64,000 nt of DNA, taken from assembly GCF_009914755.1 (NCBI RefSeq), contig NC_060936.1; one strand, 5' to 3'. The notes under the pieces were generated by a model. It ran no database searches. It was given only the letters and a program-made list of their open reading frames with translations, and was not told the origin of the DNA. Shown piece by piece: positions 47,941-64,000 of this stretch. Made by a program: the position numbers and the translations under genes. Position 1 is the stretch's first letter. Every line of letters begins with the position of its first letter. Source of the DNA: the human T2T-CHM13v2.0 reference genome, Homo sapiens.

Positions 47941-48299
47941 AATGAGCTCTCATTAAACCCAAGAATGATCAACGTATTTTAAATTCTGGACATAGCTAAA
48001 TGAATATTGAATTAATTATTTCTTCAAATAAAATGCCAAGACTCTAAATATCTTTTTGTTCTCCATTATCCACTCGAAACTTGGAAAATGTTTCACATTT
48101 AGTCATATACTACCAAACTATAAGCTACTCTTTAGAATTCAACATGATAATCAGTTGTAACTTGGAAGGATTTCGTTAATTGTAAAGGTATTTATTAATT
48201 ACTAAGCCGTAGTACTATTCCTAAAGTTCCAAAGAAGGTCATGTTTAAGTCTACATTTTTGTCCTTTAACAATATTCTTAATGATAATAGCAGCAGCAA

Positions 48300-48525
48300 A
48301 ACCAACGGTAATAGTTATGGCAAAAATGGATCAACTGCTGCTCTATGAGAGACATTCATAAACTCTACATATATTATCTAACATATCATCATTCCCCTTT
48401 TACTGATTATAATCCAAGGCATGCAGTATTTCATCCAAGGTTACAAAGCTTGTTGGTGTTAATGCAGCATTCAAACTCAGGCAGCCTGATTCTAGAATCT
48501 TCTATATTGACCAATGCATTCTATG
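48300..48525 (-). mobile_element. MIR
   Basis: catccaaggttacaaagcttg...gcattcaaactcaggcagcctgattctagaatc. Confidence 0.7.
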
Positions 48526-48859
48526 CATTTGCATTCATTGCATTCAGCTTTTGAAATAGGAGCTCAGACATAGTATAAACTAAGAACTAAAAAAAATAAT
48601 GTTTTTATGCAGTTCAGAATGACTTATAATTAAGGTGGGCCATCCTTATGGCAATATAAGTAACTCTCATCAATCATAATTATTCACTGCCTGCCTATTT
48701 CTAGATGAGAAGAAAAATGCCTTCTGAACTCTGTAGTGAATATTTAATAGAAAAATCACTTTTCCATTTTTATATCCTTGAATTTTAACACCCTCTATGA
48801 CTTCCCATATTCTTGATTATCACATTCTCTTCACCATTATATTGTGGGGGTCAATATCC

Positions 48860-48960
48860 ACTGTGACTTGCCCAAAGTCATAAAGCTAATAAATGAAGAA
48901 AGTAGGACCAAACGTGAGATCCTATAATAAATCCCATGCTCTTTCCACTCAGCCACACCG
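48860..48960 (-). mobile_element. MIR fragment
   Basis: gtgacttgcccaaagtcataaagcta...cccatgctctttccact. Confidence 0.7.
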
Positions 48961-51113
48961 ACTCTTTCAAGTGTGCAAATTCGTCATGTCTATGGCCCTT
49001 TTCAGGCCCAGAAACCTAAGTTAATGATTTTTAAAAAGTGAGAAAATTTCACAGAAGATAATGTAAAATTAGTAACATAATAAAGCCAAGTCATGAAACA
49101 TTTAAATCAAAAGGGGACAGAGAAGGAAAGCATAATCTGACATAACTTCAAAACATTGGAAGATAGTGACTTTTAGATAATAATGATGATGTTTAAACTA
49201 ATACAAAAATCCAAATTGGTGACTCTAACAACTCTCTAAACAATCCAACATAATGGTCAACATAATTTCAACTGTATTCAAGCATATTGTATTTTTTGTG
49301 TCTGTGTGTGTGCAATTAGAATGCAAATGTATATCATATTAATTAGAAAAAATATTCACCTATCAAACCCTCTAAGATATAGTGCAGAGGTGCATTTTTA
49401 TGTTGTAAAACGTAAAAATTACAATATTCCAGACATTCATATACCATATAGCAATTTAACTCTCAACAGACTTAATTTGTCAAATTTGCAAAGGTCTTCT
49501 GACGCTATTTTGGTCCAGATCCAACACATATATGATACATACTGTTTTTTGGTATGTTAAACTGTGGCTTAGGTTTATAAGGATTTTAGCAAAAATGATA
49601 TGCCTTCATTAGTATAAAAGAAGAATCTCCTCATATGGTAATAAAAATCCCATATTAGCGTATGGATGAAGTCAGGCTTAAAGAATTTTAAATGCAAAGC
49701 CATGTTTATTTGGACACTAGTTTCTTTTGAATGAAAAATATAATCCAATAAAAGTGTAGAACTTACAGAACTTTTCCCAGTTTTTTGTTGTTGTTGTTGT
49801 TAGCTAACAGCAAGGGGAGAGATATTTTTCTGTTTTTTTTTTCTGTTCTATATCAATTTAAACCTTTATATGACTACATAATTAACAAGTGTTGCTAATT
49901 CTGTGTCACCTTACTTACCACCTTGCTATTTTCAATTCCATCCCTCTCTTGTATCCTTTATGGAATAACTCATATTAAAATTTTCATACACTAAATGCAA
50001 TTATGTATTTTAATATGTTTCCCCAAGTAGAAAAGAGCAAGGTAGTACTCATTTATACTTTAATATGCTTGATGTAGGGAACATATATCCATACATATTT
50101 GGAAAGAATAAATAAATTCAGTTTAATATTTCCCTTTACCTGTAAAAGATTATCTAGGAGGGTAGCAAAGTCTACCACACGACTAGTTCTTGACAGAAGC
50201 TCATGATGCTTTAGAACAATGTGAATAAAGGAACCAAAGCAACCGGGAAGATCTTTGCTTTGCCTTCACCTAAGACAGGACCCCATAGACAGCTAAACAT
50301 TTTCTCCACACGCATTTAGGAAAGTAGTCCTTGCTATGTTAATGAGGATGGCTAAGATACACAAGGCACATAATAGTTTGTCAGCCTGGAAGCTTGAGTC
50401 CCCTATATTCTAGTGGGAAGGTATTCAGGTCTTCAAAACAAACTCAATTCATTTCACTGGATTTGTTCCAATAATCGTTAAAATCAATTTGAAAACCAGA
50501 CGGCTGATAGATTGACATCTAGAAGCATAATCTTTAAAAGGAATTAATAATTTTAATATAGTTAGGCTGCCTTCATTCTTAAAACCAAGTTTCACTGTTT
50601 TTCTTCTTTAAAAAAATTGAACTATTCAATAAAAATCTAATCACCATTAAAATGAATTTAAATTAAATTGTTCTTATAATGACTTAAAAAATATACAGTA
50701 TTCAATTAGAATTCAATCATTTCTGTCTGTGTTACCAGTCTGAGTCCATTCTATTTTTCAAGCAAGAATGAAAATAAATATATAGGTACTGAGGAACGAG
50801 AATTTTTCCACAAACTTCTGTGGAAATTGAGCCACTGCCTTCAGCTAAAATAGTTTCAGATGGAAAGCTTGACACTAGCCTAATATTAGATATTTTGTGT
50901 AAAACATGTTTTCTGCATAAATACCCTTAATAACATTTTCTCTAATTTCTACATAAAACAGTTAAAAACAATTATGTGTTAGGTATTAATCCCGTTTTCA
51001 TTAATTTTTGTCTGCAAAATAAAACATATTAAATGGATGATAATTTAATGACTGTAACTTAGCTATGTTAATCAAATGAATTGTAAAAAAATGCAAGTGA
51101 TACAGAAGAGTAC

Positions 51114-51467
51114 TCTATTAGCCAATTTCACACTTATATGAAAAAATACCCAAGACAGGTTAATTTATAAAGAAAAAGAGGTTTAATGGATTCACAGTTC
51201 CACATGGCTGGGGAGGCCTCACGATCATGGCAGAAGGCAAGGAGGAGCAAAAGCATGTCTTACATAGCGGCAGGCAAGCAAGATTGTGCAGGGGAATTCC
51301 CATTTATAAAACCATCGGATCTTGTGAGATTTATTCACTACCATGAGAACAGTATGGGGGAAAGCACCCCCATGATTTGGTTATCTCCATCTGGCCCCAC
51401 CTTTGACATGTAGGGATTATTACAATTCAAGATGAGATTTGGGAGGGGACACAGCTGCGTCATATCA
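51114..51467 (-). mobile_element. THE1B-type solo LTR (ERVL-MaLR)
   Basis: aaaagaggtttaatggattcacagttccacatggctggggaggcctcacgatcatggc; perfect 5-bp TSD agtac at 51109-51113 and 51468-51472. Confidence 0.95.
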
Positions 51468-52544
51468 AGTACTACAATGTGACTTATATTTTGATGTTCT
51501 ATCAATATAAACTTACATATGTCAACTACAAAATAAATTCCATCTACAGGGTAGTGAGAAAAAAAAAACATTTGACTCTCTTAATGCTTCTATCTGAAAT
51601 GAATATCTTCAAATAGTGCACAATACTTTTACATATTTGTTTTGCAAGGAAGAACTCAGGAGAGGAAAAATAAGAACTACTTTTCTGACCTTTTACTCTT
51701 GGGCTATATTATGTATTAATTTTCTCTTTATGAGAGAAGTTGGAGTTTTAAACAGAGCACTTATTAGCCATCGTAAGTGTGACCAAAAGGTGATTTAAGA
51801 GAAGATGCTTCAGTGTCTGTTTGGAGGGATGCTATGGTGTGTCTCTATTTCCTCTTCCTCTACCAGCCCTCTATCACCTTCTTTCTTCACTCTCTTCCTA
51901 CCCCATCTCAGTCAATGAGTTATTGTATTTATTGCCTCAGAAAATTTCTGGAAGCATAATCACAGAGTAAAGTCAAATTGAGATTCTAAAATCTATGTGC
52001 TTTTCTTTCTTTAAAGTAGGCCATCCAGCATTACTGTTTTTTTTTTTTTTGTCTATTTTAATAACTCACAGAGGAATACCTTTGTAGTTTGCTGATGAAC
52101 TTTTCATTGAATTCCAAGATAGCCTACAAAATTCATTAAGGCTTAATTTAAGAGAGAAAAAAAACACTTTGGCCATCACACACAAATAAAAATATTGATT
52201 TATTTAAAGCACTATATATATCTGCTCAGTGATAAAAATCCAGCTGTTGTGATTCATTATTCATTGATAGTAGAATTCTTGCCCTTTAGAGATGTAAATG
52301 AGAACAAATGAGTTACAGTTCTGGAGCAAGTTTTATGCACCTGAATTACTAAAGTCAGTAAAAATGAACACACATATTAACCCCTAAGTGGATTTTAAAG
52401 AAATAGTTTGTTTTTTGTTCTCAGTTTACTCTAATTTACATAATCAGAGAACATGATTAATTAAGGCAGTGTACTGTGGTAAAAACAGATTGGGACCCGA
52501 ACTCCATGATGCTAACCTTGTCATCAGGTTCATTATGTTCACTC

Positions 52545-52945
52545 TGTTGAATGAAATTAGCAGGAGGCCACTGGTTTGAGGCTGTCTCTGTACTTGTAGA
52601 TCCCACGTAACAAACTGCAGTGTAACCTAGTACATAAATAAAGGAAAACTAATATGGAGTCTAATTTTTGTAATACCTAGCCTAGTCTCAGCCAATCAAA
52701 AGCAGATGAGCTTCACCCAATCGCCCTCTGTCAACTGATCAGACCATGTTCAAATGAGGAGAACAAGCTAGCTGTAAACAATCAAGCTATTTCTGTAGTT
52801 TATTTCCATATTCTGTCTATAAATACTGCTCATGGTGCTGAGTGTAGCTCTCTGAACCTTTTCTAATTCTGAGGGCTACTGATTCATTATTTTTTTTTCA
52901 TTTTGCTCAAACTGTTACATTTGTCAAAAGATTTTCTTTAAAACA
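52545..52945 (+). mobile_element. ERV1 solo LTR (LTR56/LTR54/MER57 group)
   Basis: TG...CA termini; 4-bp TSD actc at 52541-52544 and 52946-52949; two CCAAT boxes and TATAAATA (~52818). Confidence 0.85.
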
Positions 52946-52964
52946 ACTCCTTTCTCACTCTTTT

Positions 52965-53340
52965 GTTTAAATATTTATTCAACAATTATTTGTACCAATT
53001 ATTTATCAGATGCTGTTCTTGCCAAGGAGGAAAAAGGATAATAAGGAGGCAAGATGACTCAAGGCTTCATAGAGCTTAAAAATTCTGAGAAATAAAATAG
53101 ACAATTTAAAAAGCATTTTTATAACTAGATAAAAGAACGGTGCGAAATAAAACGACAAAATGGGGGAAAGTAATGATCTAAGGGTTCTGGAAAATTTTCA
53201 GGAAGAAGTAATATCTAATACATTTTAAAATCAGTTAGTACTCGATAAAAAGTAAGGATAAAGGGCCTACGGAAATAACAAGACAACAAATGTTGAACTC
53301 TGCAAGTTAATAGAAGCATGGTCCATGCATGAAATTAAAA
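52965..53340 (-). mobile_element. L2 relic
   Basis: tttattcaacaattatttg...tgctgttcttgcc...cttcatagagctta. Confidence 0.55.
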
Positions 53341-54372
53341 TAAGTGCTGTTAGCTCTGCAAGGTAGAAACCCTCGCTATGAGCTTATCCAAAAATCTGAC
53401 TTTTACTCTGTTACACCTAGTCTACTAAATACATTTAAATAGTCTTCCAAGTTCATACAATTTGAAAGCATATTGTTTTACATTTTGGTTGAAGAAGCTT
53501 ATATGGACAATTTAATATGTTCTGTGTTTTTAGGATTAAGATATGTGTCCTAAAATGAATGGAATAGTAGAGTACTCAAATAGTAAATGGAAAAAAATTC
53601 CTTGGCTTATTAAAAAAATATAATTGCCAATAATTGTGAATGAGTAGGCATTCTTTTATCCTTAAATTTTTTCTGTTTCCTGAAGATTATCTATTTAGAA
53701 GCTATAATCTCATAGCAGGTTAGTAAATCCTTTCCCAGAAATGGACCTTTGAAGTGTTTCTTTGTTTCTCATAAGGGTGGCAAACTCCTAAATTTGTAGC
53801 TTAATTTCTATTTTCTATGACAGTGACACATAGATTGTAAGGAGGCTTTGAAACATTTTAATAATTAAGAACAGAGCCAATAATTCAAAACAAAAAGAGA
53901 GAAAGATACAGAATTTCAAGAAGAGCTATTTAAGATCAAGGAAGAGTGAAGACCATCTGAAATATTCTGACTCAATTTGGAAAAAAATATTTAGCATGTA
54001 TCTCACTGAATTACAGTGAAGACTGGACATATGAAGAAGAGAAATAGAAAAAGATCTGATTAAATACTTATTTCCAGCCCAGCAACATGGTGGAAAGTGA
54101 GATAAACAGATAGAAATAAATTGTTAGTAAAAGTGGATAGTAATCTATATGGCACCAAAGTGTTTAAGCTGATAAAATCAACTGAATGTCTTGGCATAAA
54201 GTATAGGTTGCTGAAAGCTATTAATAATAATAGTAACTACATTAATGGCTATCATATTAGAACACTCATCAGATATTCTACATGGTCAGTGCATTTGAAG
54301 TATGTTAGTTACAAGAGAAAAAAACAAAACTGCCTACTCAAATTTAGCCGAAACAGGTACAACTACTATTGC

Positions 54373-57300
54373 CTTTTTTATTTTTAATTTTTATGGGAGT
54401 GTACGTTTATGGGGCACATGATGTATTTTGAAATGGTCATACAATGCATAATTATCACATCAGGGTAAATGGGATATCTATCCCATCAAGCATTTATTTC
54501 CTTGTGTTATAAATATTCCTGATATGCTCTTTTAGTTATTTTTAAATGTATAACAAATTTTTATTATGCTATCAAATACTAGGTCTTATTCATTATTCAT
54601 TTTATATAAATATATTTTTGTATCCATTAACCATCCTCACATCCCCCATCCACTATTCATCACAACCTCTGATAACCATCATTCTACCCTCTGTCTCCAT
54701 GAATTCAATTGTTTTAGTTTTTAGCTCCCACAAATGAGTAAAAATTTGCGAAGTTTGTCTTTCTGTGCTTGGCTTATTTAACTTAACATAATGTCCTCCA
54801 GTTTCGTCTAATGTTTTTATGACAGGGTCTTACTCTTTTTTATGGATGAATAGTAGTCCATTGTGTTTATTTACCATGTTTCCATTCATCTGTTCATGGA
54901 CATTCTGTTGTTTCCGAATCTTCCCTATTGTAAGCAGTGCTGCAGTAAACATGGGAATGTGTATATCTCTTCAATATACTGGTTTACGTTCTTCTTGGTA
55001 TATACCTAACAGTGGGATTGCAGAATCATATGGTAGTTCTATTTTCAGTTTTCTGAGAATCTCCATACTCCGCTCCATAACGATTGCACAAATTTACATC
55101 CCCAGCAACAGTGTAAAAGGGCTCCCTTTACTCCACATCCTTGCCAAAATTTGTTATTACCTGTCTTTTGCATAAAGGCCATTTTAACTGGGGTAAGATG
55201 ATATCTCATTATAGCATTAATTTGCATTTCTCTGATGATTAATGATGCTAAGCACCTTTTCATATGCCTGTTTGCAATTTGTCTATCTTTTGAGAAATGT
55301 CTATTTAGACCTTTGCTCATTTTTAAGGGCTTATTAGATTTTTTCCTATAGACTTGTTTGAGATCCTTATATATTCTGATTATTAATCTCTTGTGAGATT
55401 GATGGTTTGCAAATATTTTTCTCATTCTGTGGATTGTCTCTTAGTTGTGTTGATTGTATCATTTGCTGTGCATAAGCATTTTAACTTAATGTGATCCTAT
55501 TGTCCATTTTCTGCTTTGGATGCCTATACTTTGCGGATATAACTCAAGAAATCTTTGTCCAGAACAGCATCCTGGAGACCTACTCCAATGTTTTCCATTA
55601 GTAGCTTCATAGTGTGAAGTTTTAGATTTAAGTATTTAATAAATTTTGACTAGATTTTTGTATATGGCAAGAGGTAGGGGTCTAGCTTCATTCTTCTGCA
55701 TAAGAATATTTAGTCCAACACCATTTATTGAAGAGACTGTCCTGTTCCCAATGTATATTCTTGACAACTTTGTCAAAAATAAGTTCGCTGTAGATGTATA
55801 GCTTTCTTTCTGCATTATATATTCTGTTTCCTTATTTTATGTGTATGTTTACCACTACCATGCTGTTTGGGCAACTATATCTTTGTAGTATAATTTGAAG
55901 TCATGTTATGTGATCCTTCCAGTTTTGTACTTTTGGCTTAGGATGGCTTTGGCTATTCTGGATCTTTTGTGGTTCCATATAAATTTTAGGATTATTTTTT
56001 CTATTTTTGTGAAGAATATCACTGATATTTTTATGGGGGTTACATTGAATCTGTAAATTGCTTTGGGTAATATGAACATTTTAACAATATTGATTCTTCC
56101 AACTCATGAACATGGATTGCCTTTCCATCTTTTGTGTGTGTTCTGTAAAATGATTTGCATCAATGTTTTATAGTTTTCACTGTAGAGATCTTTCACTTCT
56201 TTGGTTAAGTTTATTCCCAGGCAACTTATGTGTAAATGGGATTACTTCATTGATTTCTTTTGAAAATTTTTCACTGTTGCCATATAGAAATGGCATATAT
56301 GTTCATTTTGTATCCTGCAACTTTATTGAATTTTTTTATCAGTTCACATAGTTTTTTTTTGATGGAGTTTGTAGGTTTTTCTAGATTATATATTACTTTT
56401 TTCATTTTAATTTAATTTATTTATCCTATATTATTTCTTTTCTTCTACTAATTTTGGGTTTGATTTGCTCTTGCTTTTCTAATTCTTTAAGATGTATCAT
56501 TAGATTGTTTATTTGCAGTTTTGCTACTTTTTTGATATAGGCACTTATTGCTATAAACTTTACTCTTAGTACTGCTTTCACTATATTTCATAGATTTTGT
56601 CATGTTGTGTTTGCATTGTCATTTGTTTCCAAAATTTTTTCAGTTTCCTTCTTAATCCCCATTGACAGACTGGTCATTCAGGAGCATGTTGTTTAATTTC
56701 CATGTGTTTAGACAGTTTCCAAAGTTCAGCTTGTTATTGATTTCTTGTTTTATTACTTGTGGTCAGACAACATACTTGACATTATTTAAGTATTTTTGAA
56801 TGTTTTAAGACTTGTTTTGTTGCCTAACAATATGTTCTATACTTAAGAATAATTCATGTGCTTAGGAGAATAATGGGTATTCTGCAGCCATTGGATAAAA
56901 TGTTCTGTAAATATTTGTTAAATCCATTTGGCCAATAGTGCAGATTAAGTCGAATATTTCTTTGTTAATTTTCTGTCTGGATGATCTGTCCAATGCTGAA
57001 GGTAGGGTATTGAAGTCTCCAGCTATTACTGTCTTGGGGCCTGTCTCTCTCTTTAGCTCCAACAATATTTGCTCTATGCATCTGAGTGCCCCAGAGTTGG
57101 GCACAAATATATTTACAATTGTTACATCCTCTTGCTGAATTGATTGCTTTATCATTATATAATAAACTTATTTATCTCCTTTTATAGTTTTTTTTCTTAA
57201 ATCTATTTTGTCTGATATAAGTATAGCTACACTGGCACTTTCTTGGTTTCAATGAGCAGGGAATATCTTTTTCATTCCTTTATTTTCAGTCTATGTGTAT

Positions 57301-58075
57301 ATTTATAGGTGAGGTGTGTTTCTTGTAAGCAACACATTATTGAAACTTGTTTTGTTTTTAACCATTCTGCAACTCTATGTCTTTTGGTGGCAAGGTAATG
57401 CAATCACTCCCTTGGCCACCCAGGCTGGTGTCTCACTACATTACATGCACGTGAAGTCCACTGGCTCTGAGCCCAGCACAACACCAAGACTTGCGCAGGA
57501 ATTGAAGTCCTTGTGACTTAGACTGCCTGTCAAATTTATTTGAAGCCTCAATTAATAATTCAGTTAAACGTGAATTATTTCAAGTTTAATCTAGAGAATT
57601 CCCAAGTGCTTTAGCACACAGTGTTGGGGCTAGTCAGAATGCAGATTCTGACTGCTAGGATAGATAATTTTGTTCTGGCTAGGGCTCATCTAAATGTTCC
57701 CCCTGTGGGTGCCAGCTGAATTGTGCCCCATGTTGCTTTCCACTGTGACAAGACTGCACTGAGTTCCAATGCAAAGTCCCACAGTCACTGCGCTCTCCCT
57801 CCTCCAAGCACACAGATTTACCTCTCTGTGCCACATGACTACTCCTGGGGAATGGGTTAGGGGTGGTGTTGGCAATTCAAGAATATCATATCTACCCTCT
57901 TCAATGACTCTTTCTTTGATATGATATTAAAACAAGGTACTGTGATTCCTCATCTGTTTTTTTTTGTTGTTGTTATGAATGTACTTTCTTGTTTGGATAG
58001 TTATTCAATTTGATGTTCCTGCAGGAGGACAATTGCTGGAGATTTCTACTTGGCCATCTTGCTCCATTTCCTCCG
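54373..58075 (-). mobile_element. L1MA1/2-type element retaining both termini but with two large internal deletions
   Basis: 3'UTR and ORF2 C-terminus at 54373-56385; endonuclease at 56390-57387 (IQQEDVTIVNIF, GDFNT); 5'UTR at 57388-58075; possible TSD core ctattgc at both ends. Confidence 0.85.
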
Positions 58076-59347
58076 CTATTGCAACTTAACATGAAATTGC
58101 TTAGAATTAAGAAGTTTGCATCCTGCCTCCTAGAATAAGAAATCTTACCTGAAGCTATAATTGTGATCAGTATTTTTGCCATGTGATCTCTCAAGCATTG
58201 GCTTTTCATAGATTTGACATTTTAAGAGTAAAATGGCAGCTATTTGTTCTAAATATTTTTACTACAATCAAGAAACAATTCCCATGTGTTATCTTTCTTT
58301 GCATTCTCCTGATACTATTAGAAAATATCAGCTGATTGCACAACACCTAAACATGCTTCTTAAATTAGTCTACTTAAATTGATTGTTAAATTGAGAGTAT
58401 TACCTGGTACCATCATTCCTTTTCATTTCCCATTACTTTTTGATCCCAATACTTGAATTTCCTGATTTTCTCTAAATTCAGTCTTACAAGCTCCCTGTAG
58501 TGAGAGATATTACATCAATGAGTACTGGGTTTGTCCAAAGAATTGACTATTAAAGAAAATTTTATTCATTGTAAGCCTCTATTTCAGCATATGATGGGAT
58601 GTGAAGAAGTAACAGTCTGCCTGAGAGCAGATGATAAGGACATGCAAAGGCAGGAGATAAAGTATAAAAATAATAAAATTATGTAAAAGTTCTATATTTT
58701 TATTATCTCATGATCCAAAAAATTTAAACAGTCAGTAATAAAAATACTCTTACCTAAGAAAAGTTTAGCTATCATAAAGTTCAAAAAAATTGTTTTTAGA
58801 GTTAAATTTTAAAAATATGTATATACACATTCAATTTATATTTTCTTGATATGTGTCCCTTATTAGATATTGTACACCACGTGGAAGTTAATTCGGAGAA
58901 TTCCCAGTTACATGGTAGGCCCCTGAAACAAGCAGACTCAGTTGTAGTCATTGTTTTCTAAAATAAGTTTGTAATGGGTTGTAATCATTTGAATTCCCTT
59001 CAGGTACAATGTTTGTCTTAGCCAATATGGTTGGACATATTAGTTTTTTTCAATGGTAAATACAAAATAAACAATGATAGTATAATTGTATAGGTGAAAA
59101 AAATGGAAGTTAAATTATTTCAATTATGTCATTCTATGTGACCACTGAAAATTGTGCTTGTGTTTTAAAACTTAATACAGTAAAATAATACGTGAACTCT
59201 GAAGTGTACAGTTCCTGTTTGATAAGTTAAAATTAATTAATTAACCTATTATTGATTTGAACTTACATTTAAAATTAAATTTTTTATTTCATTTTATTGC
59301 TTTTCCTGTTTAAAAACAGAAAATATTTGCTTTGTCATTTCTAACAG

Positions 59348-60577
59348 GGCTGGGAAAACCGGCTAGCCATAATGCAGAAGATAAAAACTGGAGCACTTTC
59401 TTACATCATATATAAAAATCAACTCGAGATGGGTTAAAGACTTAAATGTAAAATGCAAAACCATAAAACGAAAATTCTGTAAGATAACCTAGTCAATACC
59501 ATTCTGGACATAAGAATGGGCAAAGATTTCATGACAAAGACACTAAAAGCAATTGCAACAAAAGCAAAAATTGACGAATGGGATCTAATTAAACTAAAGA
59601 GTTTCTGTACAGCAAAAGAAATTATCTACAGAGTAAAAACCTACAGAATGGGAGAAAATCTTTGCAAATTATGCATCAAAAAAAGATCTAATGTCCAGTA
59701 TCTATAAGGAAATTAAACAAATTTACAAGGAAGAAAACAACACTATTTAACAGTGGGAAAAGGACACGAACAGACACTTTTCTAAATAAGACATACATGC
59801 CGTCAGGAAGCTTATGGAAAAATAAAAAGCTCAACCACACTCATCATCAGAGAGATTTAAATCAAAACCACAATTAGATACCGTCTCACACTAGCCAGAA
59901 TGCCTATTACTAAAAAGTAAAAATATAACAATGCTGGTGATGTTACAGAGGAAAAGGAACACTTCTACACTGTTGGTGGGAGTGTAAATTAGTTCAGCCA
60001 TTGTGGAAAGCAGTGTGATTCCTCAAAGACCTAAAAACAAAACTACCATTCGACCCAGTAATTATTAATAGGTATATATCCAAATATATTATATATATAT
60101 TGTTCTCTCATAAAGACACATAAACATGTGTGTTCATTGCAGCACTATTCCCAGTAGCAAAGACATAGAGTCAACCCAAATGTCCATCAATGATAGGCTG
60201 GATAAAGAAAATGTGGTGCATATACACCATGGAATACTATGCAGTCATAACAAAGAACAAGATCATGTCCTTCACAGAAACATGGATGAAGCTGGAGGCC
60301 ATTATCCTTAGAAAACTAATGCAGGAACAGAAAACCAAATAGCACATGTTCTCACTTATAATGGAAGCTGTATGATGGTAACACATGGACACATAGAGGG
60401 GAGGAACAGACACTGAGGCCTACCAGATGGTGGAGAGTGAGAGGAGAAAGAGGACCAGGAAAAATAACCAATAGGTGCTAGGCATATTACCTGCCTGATG
60501 AAATAATCTGTACAACAAACCCCCACAATACGAATTTACCTATATAATGTATCCCCAAACATAAAAGTTAAAAAAAT
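59348..60577 (+). mobile_element. 5'-truncated L1PA13-16-type element
   Basis: ORF2 C-terminus ([19 protein letters not shown]); 3'UTR caggaaaaataaccaatagg...gatgaaataatctgtacaacaaaccccc. Confidence 0.9.
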
Positions 60578-60597
60578 TATAAAATTAAATATCACAT

Positions 60598-63786
<3,189 letters not shown>

Positions 63787-64000
63787 TTTTGGAAACATTA
63801 AAATAATTAAATCTCCCTCTAAAATTGTCTATCAGACAACATCTAAGCCCTACCTAGATTCAATATATTATGATTATTCATGCTAACTACCCTTTGTCTT
63901 GAGCACACCTTGCAAACTACTTAAAAATCCCCTGGTCACAGTAACCCAATCCATGCAAACCTCAACCTGTTTTTAAAAATGTAATCTTATAGCACCTTGC

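Overview
This is human genomic DNA: an AluYa5 with all five diagnostic bases is present, and that subfamily is essentially human-specific. It is AT-rich, CpG-poor and dominated by LINE-1, typical of a gene desert or very large intron. I see no protein-coding gene, RNA gene, CpG island or CRISPR array. The long ORFs in the track are broken L1 ORF2 remnants, and the short ORFs are Alu, L1 or low-complexity noise. Repeat content includes L1s of many ages, six Alu segments, solo LTRs (MLT1B, THE1B, an LTR56-like ERV1 LTR), DNA transposons (MER44 x2, MER47 x2, MER58A, MER103-like, a long Zaphod-like hAT), MIR/L2 relics and microsatellites. The most interesting structure is a pair of young L1s in inverted orientation (25308-28833 +, 38650-40934 -) around a ~9.8-kb spacer. 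Their 3' ends carry different subfamily-type bases, which points to independent insertions. Yet they share about 16 non-consensus variants and a 637-bp tract of perfect identity, the signature of gene conversion between inverted repeats and a candidate recurrent inversion locus. Also notable are two fold-back inverted repeats with templated spacers (4439-4503, 15987-16136) and an unexplained satellite-like dimer inside an old L1 (36541-36915). Subfamily names and consensus comparisons come from my memory of Repbase/Dfam consensus sequences and need a RepeatMasker run to confirm.
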